A stretch of DNA of 40,413 nt from Bdellovibrionales bacterium (GTDB lineage Bacteria; Bdellovibrionota; Bdellovibrionia; Bdellovibrionales; JAMPXM01): contig JAYVXN010000303.1 of the NCBI GenBank assembly GCA_043785085.1, positions 1-40,413 on the forward strand, in the 5' to 3' direction. Every line of letters starts with the position of its first letter. Within the stretch, counting starts at the first letter, position 1. The notes under the pieces are model-generated. The model saw only the letters and a program-made list of their open reading frames with translations. It did not search any database and was not told the origin of the DNA. This document shows, piece after piece, positions 1 to 8,938 of this stretch. A program made the position numbers and the translations under genes.

Positions 1-560
1 GCAACTGCGGTCGGCACACACTCAAGCACCACCGCAAAACAGCCGCAGTTTTCAAGTGCGCGGGCTTGGGCCAAAAGCCATTCGCCAGCGTTTTCGCCAG
101 TCGCCTGAAGTTTAAAGCCTCCGAAAGCATGGACCGATTGCGGTGTGAGACCGAGATGACCCATCACCGGAACGCCAGACTCAACGATGTGTTGCAAAGT
201 TTCTTCGCTGCCTTTGACTCCTTCAATTTTCACAGCCTGAGCACCAGCAGCCATAATTTGTCGGACGGCAGCGAGTGTCGCATCGAGGCTACCGCGATGA
301 GCGAGAAACGGCATATCACCAACGATGAATTTGTGAGGCGCTCCTTTGCGAACCGCATTCACGTGCAGAGCCATCAATTCAGGAGTTGCCGCAACCGTAT
401 CCGGGTGCCCGTGCATGGTCATGGCTAGGCTATCGCCGACCAGAATGCAATCGATGTCTGAAGCGCCAACGATTTTCGCCGACGTATAGTCATAGCAGGT
501 GACCATCGAAATTCTCTGCCCTTGCTCTTTATTTTTTTGAAAATCGAGTACGGATTTCAT
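1..560 (-). CDS. panB: 3-methyl-2-oxobutanoate hydroxymethyltransferase (ketopantoate hydroxymethyltransferase); the start is in the window and the 3' end runs off the left edge
   Basis: My own minus-strand translation from the ATG at 560-558 gives MKSVLDFQKNKEQGQRISMVTCYDYTSAKIVGASDIDCILVGDSLAMTMHGHPDT...FIVGDMPF...AVKIEG...GHLGLTPQS. These are the typical PanB blocks (TxYDY, LVGDSLxM, DMPF, VKxEG). The ORF is absent from the track because it is open at the window edge. ORF 66..428(+) is its antisense shadow. Confidence 0.9.
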   Translation of the reverse strand, partial: MKSVLDFQKNKEQGQRISMVTCYDYTSAKIVGASDIDCILVGDSLAMTMHGHPDTVAATPELMALHVNAVRKGAPHKFIVGDMPFLAHRGSLDATLAAVRQIMAAGAQAVKIEGVKGSEETLQHIVESGVPVMGHLGLTPQSVHAFGGFKLQATGENAGEWLLAQARALENCGCFAVVLECVPTAV

Positions 561-564
561 GATC

Positions 565-1296
565 TCACCTCTCAAGTTGTTGCGCTTCAAAAGCGTGCGT
601 AAATGCCTCATAGACGTCTTTAAACGGGTCATTTCTCAAAATCTTTAAATGCTTTTCAATCGTGGCTTGATCCCCTCGTGCAAGAGGACCTGTCAAAACA
701 CTTGCTTGGCCTAATTGCAAATTAGCCGCGGTTTGTTGCAAATACGGGTAAACCAATTCGCGGGGAAGACCGAAGGTTTGCGCCAGTTCGTTAAAAAACT
801 TCTCCCAGAGGATAATGGTAAAATTGCCGCTCATTACACAAAGGCTGTGGTAAAGTGGCTTCAGATCAGACGCAATTTCGTAATGGGCATTTTTCAAACC
901 TGGCAGAATCTCCGAAAAAGACTGACGGTTCTTCTCGAGCACAAACGGAATTTTCAAGTAAGTCGCATGGTCATAAGTGACATCGCTAAATGTCATGAGT
1001 GGATGGGCTCCCTCAGCCAAAGGTGTGGAGAAACTTCCAGAAAAATGCACGATGGTTTTTTCTTTCAGCCACGGGTTTTCCAGAATAAAAGATTCAATTG
1101 CTGGATCGCTGATCGCGAGCAAAATATGCGAGGCCTGATTTTGAAAGCTTGCCAGTGGCGTCGAGGAGTTTCGTTCCCAGGTCAAATACGGAATCTTTTC
1201 TAAAGTGAAATAGCGCTGAAGATGTCGCGCAAGACGGCCACTACCAACTATTAAAAATGTCGAATAAAATGTCGAATCCCGAGGTACCTGTCGCAT
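565..1296 (-). CDS. Rossmann-fold protein, DUF2520-like; putative PanG-type ketopantoate reductase
   Basis: 243 aa ORF with an N-terminal dinucleotide-binding loop (FLIVGSGRLARHL). Its stop lies 4 nt upstream of the panB start on the same strand. The length and layout resemble Rossmann+DUF2520 proteins. The function is inferred from this context. Confidence 0.55.
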   Translation of the reverse strand: MRQVPRDSTFYSTFLIVGSGRLARHLQRYFTLEKIPYLTWERNSSTPLASFQNQASHILLAISDPAIESFILENPWLKEKTIVHFSGSFSTPLAEGAHPLMTFSDVTYDHATYLKIPFVLEKNRQSFSEILPGLKNAHYEIASDLKPLYHSLCVMSGNFTIILWEKFFNELAQTFGLPRELVYPYLQQTAANLQLGQASVLTGPLARGDQATIEKHLKILRNDPFKDVYEAFTHAFEAQQLER

Positions 1297-1417
1297 GGAT
1301 CAAGTCCTTATTTGTGAGAACCAATATACACCGCTTTCACAAGAGCGGCAATGTTTTTCACCTCGGCATTAACCGAGCGAGCTTGACCTCAGGGGCATTT
1401 ATGAGTACCACAAACGC

Positions 1418-2191
1418 ATGAAAAAACTCTACTTTATCCTGGTTGTTGGCTTTATGTTGAGCAGCGTCTTTATGGTGCTTTATTTTGGGATTTCGCCGCG
1501 TCCCGTAAGCATTATGAAAGCCTCCTACTTCTCCCAACCAGAAGAGATAGGCGCCGTGGTCTTTCGCGCGTTTTATGATCCGATTAGTCGCGAGCAAGTG
1601 GTGTTCTTAGGGACACCTCCACAGCCGGCGTTTCATAAACAGGTCGTCGAGGGTTTTTTGCGTGCTGCCGCTGCCGAAAAGCAGCCATTTAATATCGTCA
1701 TGGCCGATCCCATTCTGCCAGCGCTGGAAAATGTACCAGTCAAAGAAATTGTCAAATATGAACTCAATGTCGAAGACCAAGAAACTTCGTTGAAAATTCT
1801 CAATGATCATTTAGCAAAGGGTGAGAAAATTCTGGTCTACACGCCCAGTGTTTACTCTACGCACTTAGTCTTTAATAATCCGATTCGACGCTTGGAAGCA
1901 CTCACAAAAAAACATTATTTTACCATTACCAGCGCCGGGATGGTGACTCAGGCCAAAGATGAGTATCTCGTTGACCCGATTTGCGTCGGCGACCAGCGCG
2001 ATCAGCAGGGCACCGCGGATTTAGGTTGTACGATTCTCACGATTGGGCGCACGCTTTATCGAAAACATCTTGCTAATGACCGTTATGTTTCGGTTTTGAA
2101 CCAGCATGGCCTGGGTGATTATCTTTTGCTGACGGCAGCGCCGGGCCAAGGAGACCACACCACTCCCGGAAGAAGAACGGGGAGTATGTAA
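1418..2191 (+). CDS. hypothetical protein with an N-terminal transmembrane anchor
   Basis: 257 aa ORF with a hydrophobic N-terminus (MKKLYFILVVGFMLSSVFMVLYF). I recognise no family. Confidence 0.55.
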   Translation: MKKLYFILVVGFMLSSVFMVLYFGISPRPVSIMKASYFSQPEEIGAVVFRAFYDPISREQVVFLGTPPQPAFHKQVVEGFLRAAAAEKQPFNIVMADPILPALENVPVKEIVKYELNVEDQETSLKILNDHLAKGEKILVYTPSVYSTHLVFNNPIRRLEALTKKHYFTITSAGMVTQAKDEYLVDPICVGDQRDQQGTADLGCTILTIGRTLYRKHLANDRYVSVLNQHGLGDYLLLTAAPGQGDHTTPGRRTGSM

Positions 2192-2193
2192 TC

Positions 2194-2385
2194 TCCTTTA
2201 CTTAGGACAATAACTTTCGGCTAAAACCGCTATCGCTCGCTCCGGAAGCGCGAATCTGGCCACGTGCTCGACAGTTTCAAGATCAACGTGCCGTTAAGGT
2301 ACGTCTCGCTTGAAACTGCCTGCGGGCGCGGCCACCTTCGCGCTGGCGGAGCGTTTTAGCTCGAAAGTTATTGTCGCTTTAAGGC
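2194..2385. mobile_element. Copy 1 of a roughly 190 bp palindromic MITE-like repeat element
   Basis: Long imperfect hairpin. GACAATAACTTTCG (2206-2219) pairs with CGAAAGTTATTGTC (2362-2375). GCTAAAAC pairs with GTTTTAGC, and CAGTTTCAAG (2272-2281) pairs with CTTGAAACTG (2309-2318). The element is homologous over its whole length to 32375-32562. It is flanked by direct TAATC at 2189-2193 and 2386-2390. The exact ends are uncertain by 1-2 nt. Confidence 0.7.
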
Positions 2386-3776
2386 TAATCAAGTCCTAAG
2401 GCAATTTCATGAGCGAGTTGCCGGCGCGGGGCTCGGAAATAAGTGCGCGGTGATAGCTCCAGCAAATCGGCTAATACCGGCATATAAATGCAGGCAAAGC
2501 GATCCACTTGATGGGCAAAATAACTCTCCTCATTGCCGGCGCGAAACACTTCACCCCAGTGAGGATTGAAAACCGATTGCTGTTTTTTAATCAGCTGACT
2601 GATGCGTTTATCGAGTTCAGTGATCTGCGCTTGCAGCTCGGTAACTTTGCTCTCATCGGCCTCACGGCCGGTATCAATTTTGACAGAAATAATATCGACT
2701 AAGGTGCGCTCCAAGGGCTCTTTGCGCTCCATGAGATCGCGAATTTCTGCTGAGAAGGGTTGCGCCCGTTTGTAATTTTCAACTTCGGTTCCGAGCTCTT
2801 CCACGACCAGCGCGGTTCGCCAGTTACAGTCTTTTTTCAAACGCAAAATATCGCCGTAAATATGGTCACCAATATACAATATGTCATCACCTTGAACTTC
2901 GAGATCATGCGCGAATTTATCCGCGCAACCGCCCTGGTAAATGCCGCGCACGAGTTTGTCTTCATAGTTGGTCATCGAGCCATCGGCCGGATTAACTTTC
3001 AAAAAGCGCAAATTGTCGTAGAAGAAGCGCGGCTTTTGCGCGCTCGTTACGACGAATTCAAAAAAATCCATCCACGTGCGACCGTCTTTTAAAAACGGAT
3101 TGATCGCGTAATCCAAGAGCAGCTTGGTATAATGAAAATCAGAATTGGTCAGAATGAAAAAACGTTTTTCATGTTTGAGATAACGTTCAATACCGCGAAC
3201 CACGGCTTCATCTCTGATAATATATTTCTCGCGATTGGCAGCGACTTCATTTTTTAGACTACCATCTTTGTGCGAAAGATCGAGTTGCGTGATCACATCC
3301 ATGGCAATGGTTTCGTAATCGGGGATGTGTTCTTTTTCAGTCGTGTCTTTCAAATCCACGAGCTGCGCATAAAGAGTCGCAATCGAAATTGAAAACGCCG
3401 TATCAATTGATGAATAACTATGTGAATCAGATAAATCAATATAGGTACTGCGGTACATTTTCTGTTGATTGACGAAATCAATCGGTTTGGTGCCGTGGTA
3501 GCTGGCGCGAATCGCTCCGTGGCGGCTGACTTTGAGCAGATTGCCTTTTTTCTTATCGAGCACGAGCCCACGAACGGCGAGATCAAATTCAAAGGGCAGA
3601 TTCAAAATTGACTGAGGATAATGGCGATTGTTGACCAGCTTATGCAGCATAGTTTGGTGCGCGAGCGCCTCAAAGGCATGGCTATGGTAGCGCACCAGAG
3701 TGTGGTCCATGTCCAGACCTATGAATTTAATTTTACGCATATTGAGCGTGCGATTGATAAAGACTTTTTGAAACAT
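2385..3776 (-). CDS. HAD-IG family cytosolic 5'-nucleotidase (cN-II-like)
   Basis: 463 aa ORF with HAD motif I GLDMDHTLVRY near the N-terminus. The sequence NRTLNMRKIKFIGLDMDHTL...LKVSRHGAIRASYHGTKP...ILYIGDHIYGDILRLKK is typical of the 5'-nucleotidase (PF05761-type) family. Confidence 0.85.
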   Translation of the reverse strand: MFQKVFINRTLNMRKIKFIGLDMDHTLVRYHSHAFEALAHQTMLHKLVNNRHYPQSILNLPFEFDLAVRGLVLDKKKGNLLKVSRHGAIRASYHGTKPIDFVNQQKMYRSTYIDLSDSHSYSSIDTAFSISIATLYAQLVDLKDTTEKEHIPDYETIAMDVITQLDLSHKDGSLKNEVAANREKYIIRDEAVVRGIERYLKHEKRFFILTNSDFHYTKLLLDYAINPFLKDGRTWMDFFEFVVTSAQKPRFFYDNLRFLKVNPADGSMTNYEDKLVRGIYQGGCADKFAHDLEVQGDDILYIGDHIYGDILRLKKDCNWRTALVVEELGTEVENYKRAQPFSAEIRDLMERKEPLERTLVDIISVKIDTGREADESKVTELQAQITELDKRISQLIKKQQSVFNPHWGEVFRAGNEESYFAHQVDRFACIYMPVLADLLELSPRTYFRAPRRQLAHEIALGLD

Positions 3777-3785
3777 TTTGTACCG

Positions 3786-4154
3786 TTAGGTTTCAGTTTC
3801 GAAACCCAGTTCATTCCAGCGGATCATTCCGCCTTTCATATTGTATACGTGCTGATAGCCGGAATCCAAAGCAAAAGCCGTGGCTCGTGCCGAGCGGCCG
3901 CCGCTACGACACACAAAGACGACAGTTTCGTCTTTGGGAACTTCGGCGATATGAGATGGCAAGGTATCCAACACTAAGAGAGTAGCGCCCGGTATATGCC
4001 CAAGTTCGCCAATAAATTCATCATTGCGGCGCACATCGATAATGCGGACCTGGCCGCGCTTTTCCAAAAGCTCCTCAGGTGAAATATCTCGCACCTGTGG
4101 CATTTCCGGATTCTTTTGGCTGCTCTTGAACTCAACTAACGTTTTATTTGTCAT
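3786..4154 (-). CDS. rhodanese-like sulfurtransferase domain protein
   Basis: 122 aa ORF with active-site loop VFVCRSGGRSARA and the IIDVRRNDEF...GHIPGA motif. Its stop lies 9 nt upstream of the 5'-nucleotidase gene start, so it is probably co-transcribed. Confidence 0.85.
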   Translation of the reverse strand: MTNKTLVEFKSSQKNPEMPQVRDISPEELLEKRGQVRIIDVRRNDEFIGELGHIPGATLLVLDTLPSHIAEVPKDETVVFVCRSGGRSARATAFALDSGYQHVYNMKGGMIRWNELGFETET

Positions 4155-4278
4155 GAACTATCCCTTCGCAATTGCAAGAGGTTTATCAAACCTGAAGGCA
4201 GGCGGTGGAGTCAAGGTTTAGGCTTATTGGCAGAGCGTCTAATTGACTTTCTGACCTCGACCTCCGAGAGTAGTGGGC

Positions 4279-5574
4279 ATGATTGAAGTGAATTTGACTC
4301 CCTGCCAGGAATTGGCTTTAGATGCCCTTGAGGGTGCGCAAAATGTCTTTCTGACCGGCGGCGCTGGTAGCGGTAAGAGCTTTTTGGTGCGCCATTTTTT
4401 ACAAGATAAAAACAGCAAGGATTTTCCGGTGCTGGCCAGCACGGGAGCGGCTGCCGTGCTGGTTGGCGGACGGACGTTTCATTCTTTTTTTGGCCTCGGA
4501 ATTATGGAGGGCGGGCCGGAAGAAACGATTGAACGAGTCAGTAAAAACCGTCAGGTCCTTAGGCGCTTGAAAAAGATTTCGGGCTTCATTGTCGATGAAG
4601 TTTCAATGCTTTCGGGACCAACCTTGCGGGTTGCGGAAGTGGTTTGCCGCCGGGCGCGCAATTCAGATTTGCCCTGGGGCGGATTAAAAGTTATCACAGT
4701 CGGCGATTTTGCGCAGCTGCCGCCAGTTGAGCGCTCCTATTCACGGGCTCGGCCTTGGGCTTTTTTAGATGAAGTCTGGCGTTGGTCGAACTTTCGTACC
4801 TGCTATTTGCAAACTTCCGTGCGCAGCCGCGATGATGAATATATTAAAATTTTGAAGTCGATTCGAAATGGCCAAGTCACACGTGAAGTGACGGATTATT
4901 TGAATAGTAAGGTCGTGCCAGTCATGGCCACCTTCAACGGCACTCGCCTCTTTCCACGTCGTGAAGAAACCGATCGTTTTAATCTCGTGCGCTTGCAAGA
5001 ATTAGAAACGCCGATTTTTGAATTTGTTTCGATTTATTCAGGTGCTGAGAAGGCCGTCGAACAGTTGAAAAAACACTCGCCCATTGCCGAAGTGATTACG
5101 CTGAAAGAGGGCGCTTTGATCATGCTGCGGCAAAACGATCCGCAAGGCCGCTGGGTGAATGGTAGCACTGGTTGGATCACCAAGATCAATCCTTATCGCC
5201 TCAGTATTCGCCTGCTGAATGGTCGGCAAGTTGAAATTGAAAAAGTGAGTTTTTCGATGATGGACGCTGAGGGCAATGTCGTCGCTAGTGCAATCAACTT
5301 TCCGGTGTCTTTGGCGTATGCGACGACGATTCATAAGGCTCAGGGGTCAACCTTGGATCGAATGTTTGTGAATCTCAGCAATTTATGGGAGCCCGGTCAG
5401 GCCTACGTGGCTTTGAGCCGAATTGGCAGCGGAGCGGATCTTTGCATCGAAAAATGGAGCCCTCAGTCAATTAAAGTCGATCCGCAAGTCGTGGAATTTT
5501 ACCGGGCTGCTGAGCAGAAAATGTCTCCTATTAATGCTGCGCATCGCGAAGCGGTTTTCGATTATAAAACTTAA
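4279..5574 (+). CDS. pif1: Pif1/RecD-like SF1B DNA helicase
   Basis: Walker A LTGGAGSGKSFL, Walker B IVDEVSML, GDFAQLPPV, and C-terminal TIHKAQGSTLDRMFV...YVALSR. The track ORF starts at a GTG (4273). I prefer the ATG at 4279. Confidence 0.85.
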   Translation: MIEVNLTPCQELALDALEGAQNVFLTGGAGSGKSFLVRHFLQDKNSKDFPVLASTGAAAVLVGGRTFHSFFGLGIMEGGPEETIERVSKNRQVLRRLKKISGFIVDEVSMLSGPTLRVAEVVCRRARNSDLPWGGLKVITVGDFAQLPPVERSYSRARPWAFLDEVWRWSNFRTCYLQTSVRSRDDEYIKILKSIRNGQVTREVTDYLNSKVVPVMATFNGTRLFPRREETDRFNLVRLQELETPIFEFVSIYSGAEKAVEQLKKHSPIAEVITLKEGALIMLRQNDPQGRWVNGSTGWITKINPYRLSIRLLNGRQVEIEKVSFSMMDAEGNVVASAINFPVSLAYATTIHKAQGSTLDRMFVNLSNLWEPGQAYVALSRIGSGADLCIEKWSPQSIKVDPQVVEFYRAAEQKMSPINAAHREAVFDYKT

Positions 5575-5638
5575 AATTTCCCTCTGTCTGCAGGGGTGGC
5601 TCTTGTGTTATCACTGTGGCAAATCGAAAGAGGTGATT

Positions 5639-6673
5639 ATGGATCAAAATAACCCGGTCGGCCTGACAAACGGTATTGAGTTCATCGAGTTTTGCGGACC
5701 CGATCATGGCAAGCTCGAAATGATGTGCAAGAGTTTTGGACTGGTGCCAATTGCGAAACATAAGAACTTCGAACTGCAGTTGTTTCGGCAAAACGACATT
5801 AATTTTCTCATCAACGACACCGTTGATTCCTTTCAAGGGAGCTTTAAAAAACTTCACGGCCCCAGCGTTTGTGCAACCGGCTTTCGTGTGAAAGACGCGA
5901 AGTTTGCTTTTGAAGAAGCCGTTCGTCGCGGAGCGCGTCCATTCACTGGAGATAAAAAAGCCAAGGGCGGTTGGGATCTGCCGGCAATTTACGGCATTGG
6001 TGATTCGCTGATCTTTTTTGTCGATAAGAATATTTATGACGGCGAATTTAACTACACGACTGCAGACATTTATCCTAAGGGTCTCGATCTTCTCTTGATC
6101 GATCATATGACCAATAACGTACCCAAAGGTGAAATGCAGAAGTGGTGTGATTTCTACGAGAAGATTTTTGGCTTCAAAGAAAAACGCTACTTCGATATTC
6201 GCGGTAAATCCACAGGCCTCATTTCAAAAGTCATGCGTTCACACGATGGCAAGATTTGTATTCCGATCAACGAGCCAGCCGATCCAAAGTCACAGATTCA
6301 GGAATATCTGGATGAGTATAAGGGTTCAGGTATTCAGCACATTGCCTTTTTGTCAGATAATATTTGCGATTCAGTTCCTGCATTACGTGCCAAGGGAATT
6401 GAGTTTTTAGCGGCGCCGCTGGACACCTATTATCAAATGCTTCCGGATCGCGTGCCGACAATGAAAGAAGATATTTCAACTTTGAAAAAACATGCGGTCT
6501 TGGCGGATGGTGATCGTGAAGGTTATCTCTTGCAGATCTTCACAAAAAACCAGTGCGGACCGGTCTTTATTGAAATCATTCAACGCCGCAATCATTTCGG
6601 TTTTGGTGACGGAAACTTCCAAGCTCTTTTTGATGCCATGGAAGCCGATCAACGGGCGCGAGGAGTTCTCTAA
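5639..6673 (+). CDS. hppD: 4-hydroxyphenylpyruvate dioxygenase
   Basis: The track ORF starts at 5423 and overlaps the pif1 3' end. The ATG at 5639 is preceded by GAAAGAGGTG and gives MDQNNPVGLTNGIEFIEF... The C-terminus IQHIAF...YLLQIFTKN...FIEIIQRRNHFGFGDGNFQALFDAMEADQRARGVL is the classic HPPD signature. Confidence 0.9.
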   Translation: MDQNNPVGLTNGIEFIEFCGPDHGKLEMMCKSFGLVPIAKHKNFELQLFRQNDINFLINDTVDSFQGSFKKLHGPSVCATGFRVKDAKFAFEEAVRRGARPFTGDKKAKGGWDLPAIYGIGDSLIFFVDKNIYDGEFNYTTADIYPKGLDLLLIDHMTNNVPKGEMQKWCDFYEKIFGFKEKRYFDIRGKSTGLISKVMRSHDGKICIPINEPADPKSQIQEYLDEYKGSGIQHIAFLSDNICDSVPALRAKGIEFLAAPLDTYYQMLPDRVPTMKEDISTLKKHAVLADGDREGYLLQIFTKNQCGPVFIEIIQRRNHFGFGDGNFQALFDAMEADQRARGVL

Positions 6674-7776
6674 TGCATCACTTTACGCAAGGGCGACCCA
6701 CGCGCCAAGCGCACAAGGGGATTCCTGAGGGACAGTTTGAGGAAGAACAAGGCTTAGATGGATTTTATGGGCCAGTGTCTCACTTGATTAAAGATAAACC
6801 GAGCACACGCTGGACGAATATTGAAGGCCCCCTAAAGCCGCGTATGTATGATTTGGTGAAACTGGATAAGAACTCGGCCACGCAACGCCTGCTTTATAAT
6901 AACGATTTGACGATTTCAAATCACTGGATTCATCCCGAAGCTCCGGATCGCCTGATCGCCAAACGCAATGCCGATGGTGATTGGTTGTATTTTTGTCATA
7001 AGGGCTCGGGTCATGTTCTGACTGAATATGGTTTGTTGGAATTCAATCCTGGCACCTATTTGATGATGCCGAAATGTATTGCGCACAGTTTTTTGATCAC
7101 CGAGCCAGTGAATTTTTTCTTGATTGAGAATCGCACTAGCCACTTTCGTGAGCCAGATCGCGGAATGGTGGGTCGTCATGCGGTTTATGACATCAACACC
7201 TTAGTGAAGCCTGATCTCGAAGCTTTGTATGCGAAAATGCGTGAAGTTCATGCCGATATTCGTGAGATTCAAATCAAGCACACCGATGAGTGGACGAAGA
7301 TTTCTTATGCTGAAAATATTTTTGATGTGCGTGGCTGGAAGGGCGACTTGTTTCCGTTCACTCTGCATATGAAAAACATGATGCCGCTGATGAGTCACCG
7401 AGCGCACTTGCCACCGAGTGCGCATTCCACATTTGTGGCCCGCGGCTTTGTGGTCTGTTCGTTCTTGCCAAGGCCTTTAGAGCAAGATGAAGATGCTTTG
7501 AAGGTGCCATTTTACCATCAAAACATCGATTATGATGAAGTGCTGTTTTATCACGATGGCGATTTCTTTAGCCGTGATAACTTGCATGCGGGGATGATGT
7601 CGTTTCATCCAGCTGGCTTTCCGCATGGTCCACATCCGAAAGCTATGCAAAAAGTAAAAACAAAAACCCACACCGACGAGTATGCCGTGATGATCGATTC
7701 GCGCTGGCCTCTTAAGCGCGATGCGAAGGCCGATCAAATCGAGCTCGTGGAATATTGGAAATCGTGGATGAAGTAA
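6673..7776 (+). CDS. hmgA: homogentisate 1,2-dioxygenase (short form)
   Basis: 367 aa ORF whose start overlaps the hppD stop (TAATG). The block FYHQNIDYDEVLFYHDGDFFSRD...SFHPAGFPHGPHP fits the HGD cupin family, and the pairing with hppD supports the call. Confidence 0.8.
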   Translation: MHHFTQGRPTRQAHKGIPEGQFEEEQGLDGFYGPVSHLIKDKPSTRWTNIEGPLKPRMYDLVKLDKNSATQRLLYNNDLTISNHWIHPEAPDRLIAKRNADGDWLYFCHKGSGHVLTEYGLLEFNPGTYLMMPKCIAHSFLITEPVNFFLIENRTSHFREPDRGMVGRHAVYDINTLVKPDLEALYAKMREVHADIREIQIKHTDEWTKISYAENIFDVRGWKGDLFPFTLHMKNMMPLMSHRAHLPPSAHSTFVARGFVVCSFLPRPLEQDEDALKVPFYHQNIDYDEVLFYHDGDFFSRDNLHAGMMSFHPAGFPHGPHPKAMQKVKTKTHTDEYAVMIDSRWPLKRDAKADQIELVEYWKSWMK

Positions 7777-7784
7777 GAGGTTCG

Positions 7785-8936
7785 TTGCTGACTCCAGATG
7801 AAGCCATGCGCTTAGCGATCAGTGAAGCTGAGAAGGGTGCGGGCTTTGTTTCGCCCAATCCTTTAGTTGGCTGCGTGATCGTCGATCACGAGCATCGGCT
7901 CCTCGCAAAGGGCTATCATCGGCAAATCGGCCAGGATCATGCCGAAATCGATGCCCTCAAGAACATTCCTGATAAATCGGCACTGAAAGGTGCGCGCCTC
8001 TATGTCACGCTTGAGCCCTGTGCCCACCAGGGCCGTACGCCCTCTTGTGCGCTCGCATTGGCCAAATTGCCGATTCGCACTGTTGTTTATGGGATGACAG
8101 ATCCGTTTCCGGAAGTTTCTGGAAAGGGCGCAGAGATTCTTCGCGCCGCTGGCATGGAAGCCATTGAGTGGTCCGGTTTCTCGGAAGTTGAAAGTCCTTT
8201 GCGCGCTGAGATTTTCGCGGAGCTGGAAGAAGCGGCTGAATTTTTTCTCCACAATCAGCGCCGGCAGCGGCCTTTTGTCGGTATTAAGGCTGCGACGAGC
8301 CTCGACGGCATGATGGCTTTGCGGTCAGGTGACAGTAAGTGGATTACCGATGAAGAGGCGCGTCTTCAAGGTCACTATCTGCGCGGGCAGCATGATGCGA
8401 CTTTAATCGGACGAAAGACATTTTTCATCGATAATCCTTATTTGAATGTTCGCCACCCGCGGTTTCCGCAAAAAGAGAATAAAGTGGTTTTGTTGAATTC
8501 TAAGGCAGGTGCTTTACGCGGCTTTAGTGAATCCCATCTTTATTCATCGCACCAATCTGAGGATATTATTTTGGTGGTTTCGCCTGAGTCTGCCACAGAA
8601 GCTCGGCTTCAAGCTGAACAATTACGTATTCAGCTTTTGCCCGTGCCGCTTGGTCCTGACGGTAGTTTTAAGATTGATGTTTTGCTCGTTGAACTTTGGC
8701 GGCTCGGAGTTCGCTCAGTTTTAGTTGAAGGCGGCGCTGTCGTTATCGGATCTTTTCTGCGTGCTCATGCCGCCCAGCGATTGCATCTCTTTATCGCACC
8801 AGTGGTGATGGGGGCGACGTCCTCTGTTGGTTGGACGGAGACCTTTGGCATTGCCAAAATGAATGAGCGCCTTGAACTTAAACGTCCGCGCTCACAGCAG
8901 CTGGGGAGGGATATTTATCTCACCGGGAAGTTTTAA
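7785..8936 (+). CDS. ribD: bifunctional riboflavin biosynthesis deaminase/reductase RibD
   Basis: Deaminase zinc motifs HAEIDAL and TLEPCAHQGRTPSC are followed by a reductase domain (FVGIKAATSLDG...). The start is uncertain. The longest ORF begins at TTG 7755, inside hmgA. TTG 7785 has AAGAGG 5 nt upstream. ATG 7806 is an alternative. Confidence 0.85.
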   Translation: MLTPDEAMRLAISEAEKGAGFVSPNPLVGCVIVDHEHRLLAKGYHRQIGQDHAEIDALKNIPDKSALKGARLYVTLEPCAHQGRTPSCALALAKLPIRTVVYGMTDPFPEVSGKGAEILRAAGMEAIEWSGFSEVESPLRAEIFAELEEAAEFFLHNQRRQRPFVGIKAATSLDGMMALRSGDSKWITDEEARLQGHYLRGQHDATLIGRKTFFIDNPYLNVRHPRFPQKENKVVLLNSKAGALRGFSESHLYSSHQSEDIILVVSPESATEARLQAEQLRIQLLPVPLGPDGSFKIDVLLVELWRLGVRSVLVEGGAVVIGSFLRAHAAQRLHLFIAPVVMGATSSVGWTETFGIAKMNERLELKRPRSQQLGRDIYLTGKF

Positions 8937-8938
8937 AA

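Noticed and set aside
66-428. 120 aa plus-strand ORF at the left edge
   Set aside because: It is antisense to a clear PanB coding sequence on the minus strand and has no recognisable motifs. It is a shadow ORF.
715-1203. 162 aa plus-strand ORF
   Set aside because: It lies entirely antisense to the Rossmann/DUF2520-like gene, and its composition is typical of a shadow frame.
5423-5638. 72 aa N-terminal extension of the hppD ORF
   Set aside because: It overlaps the pif1 3' end by about 150 nt. HPPD homology begins at MDQNNP, and a good Shine-Dalgarno sequence precedes the ATG at 5639.
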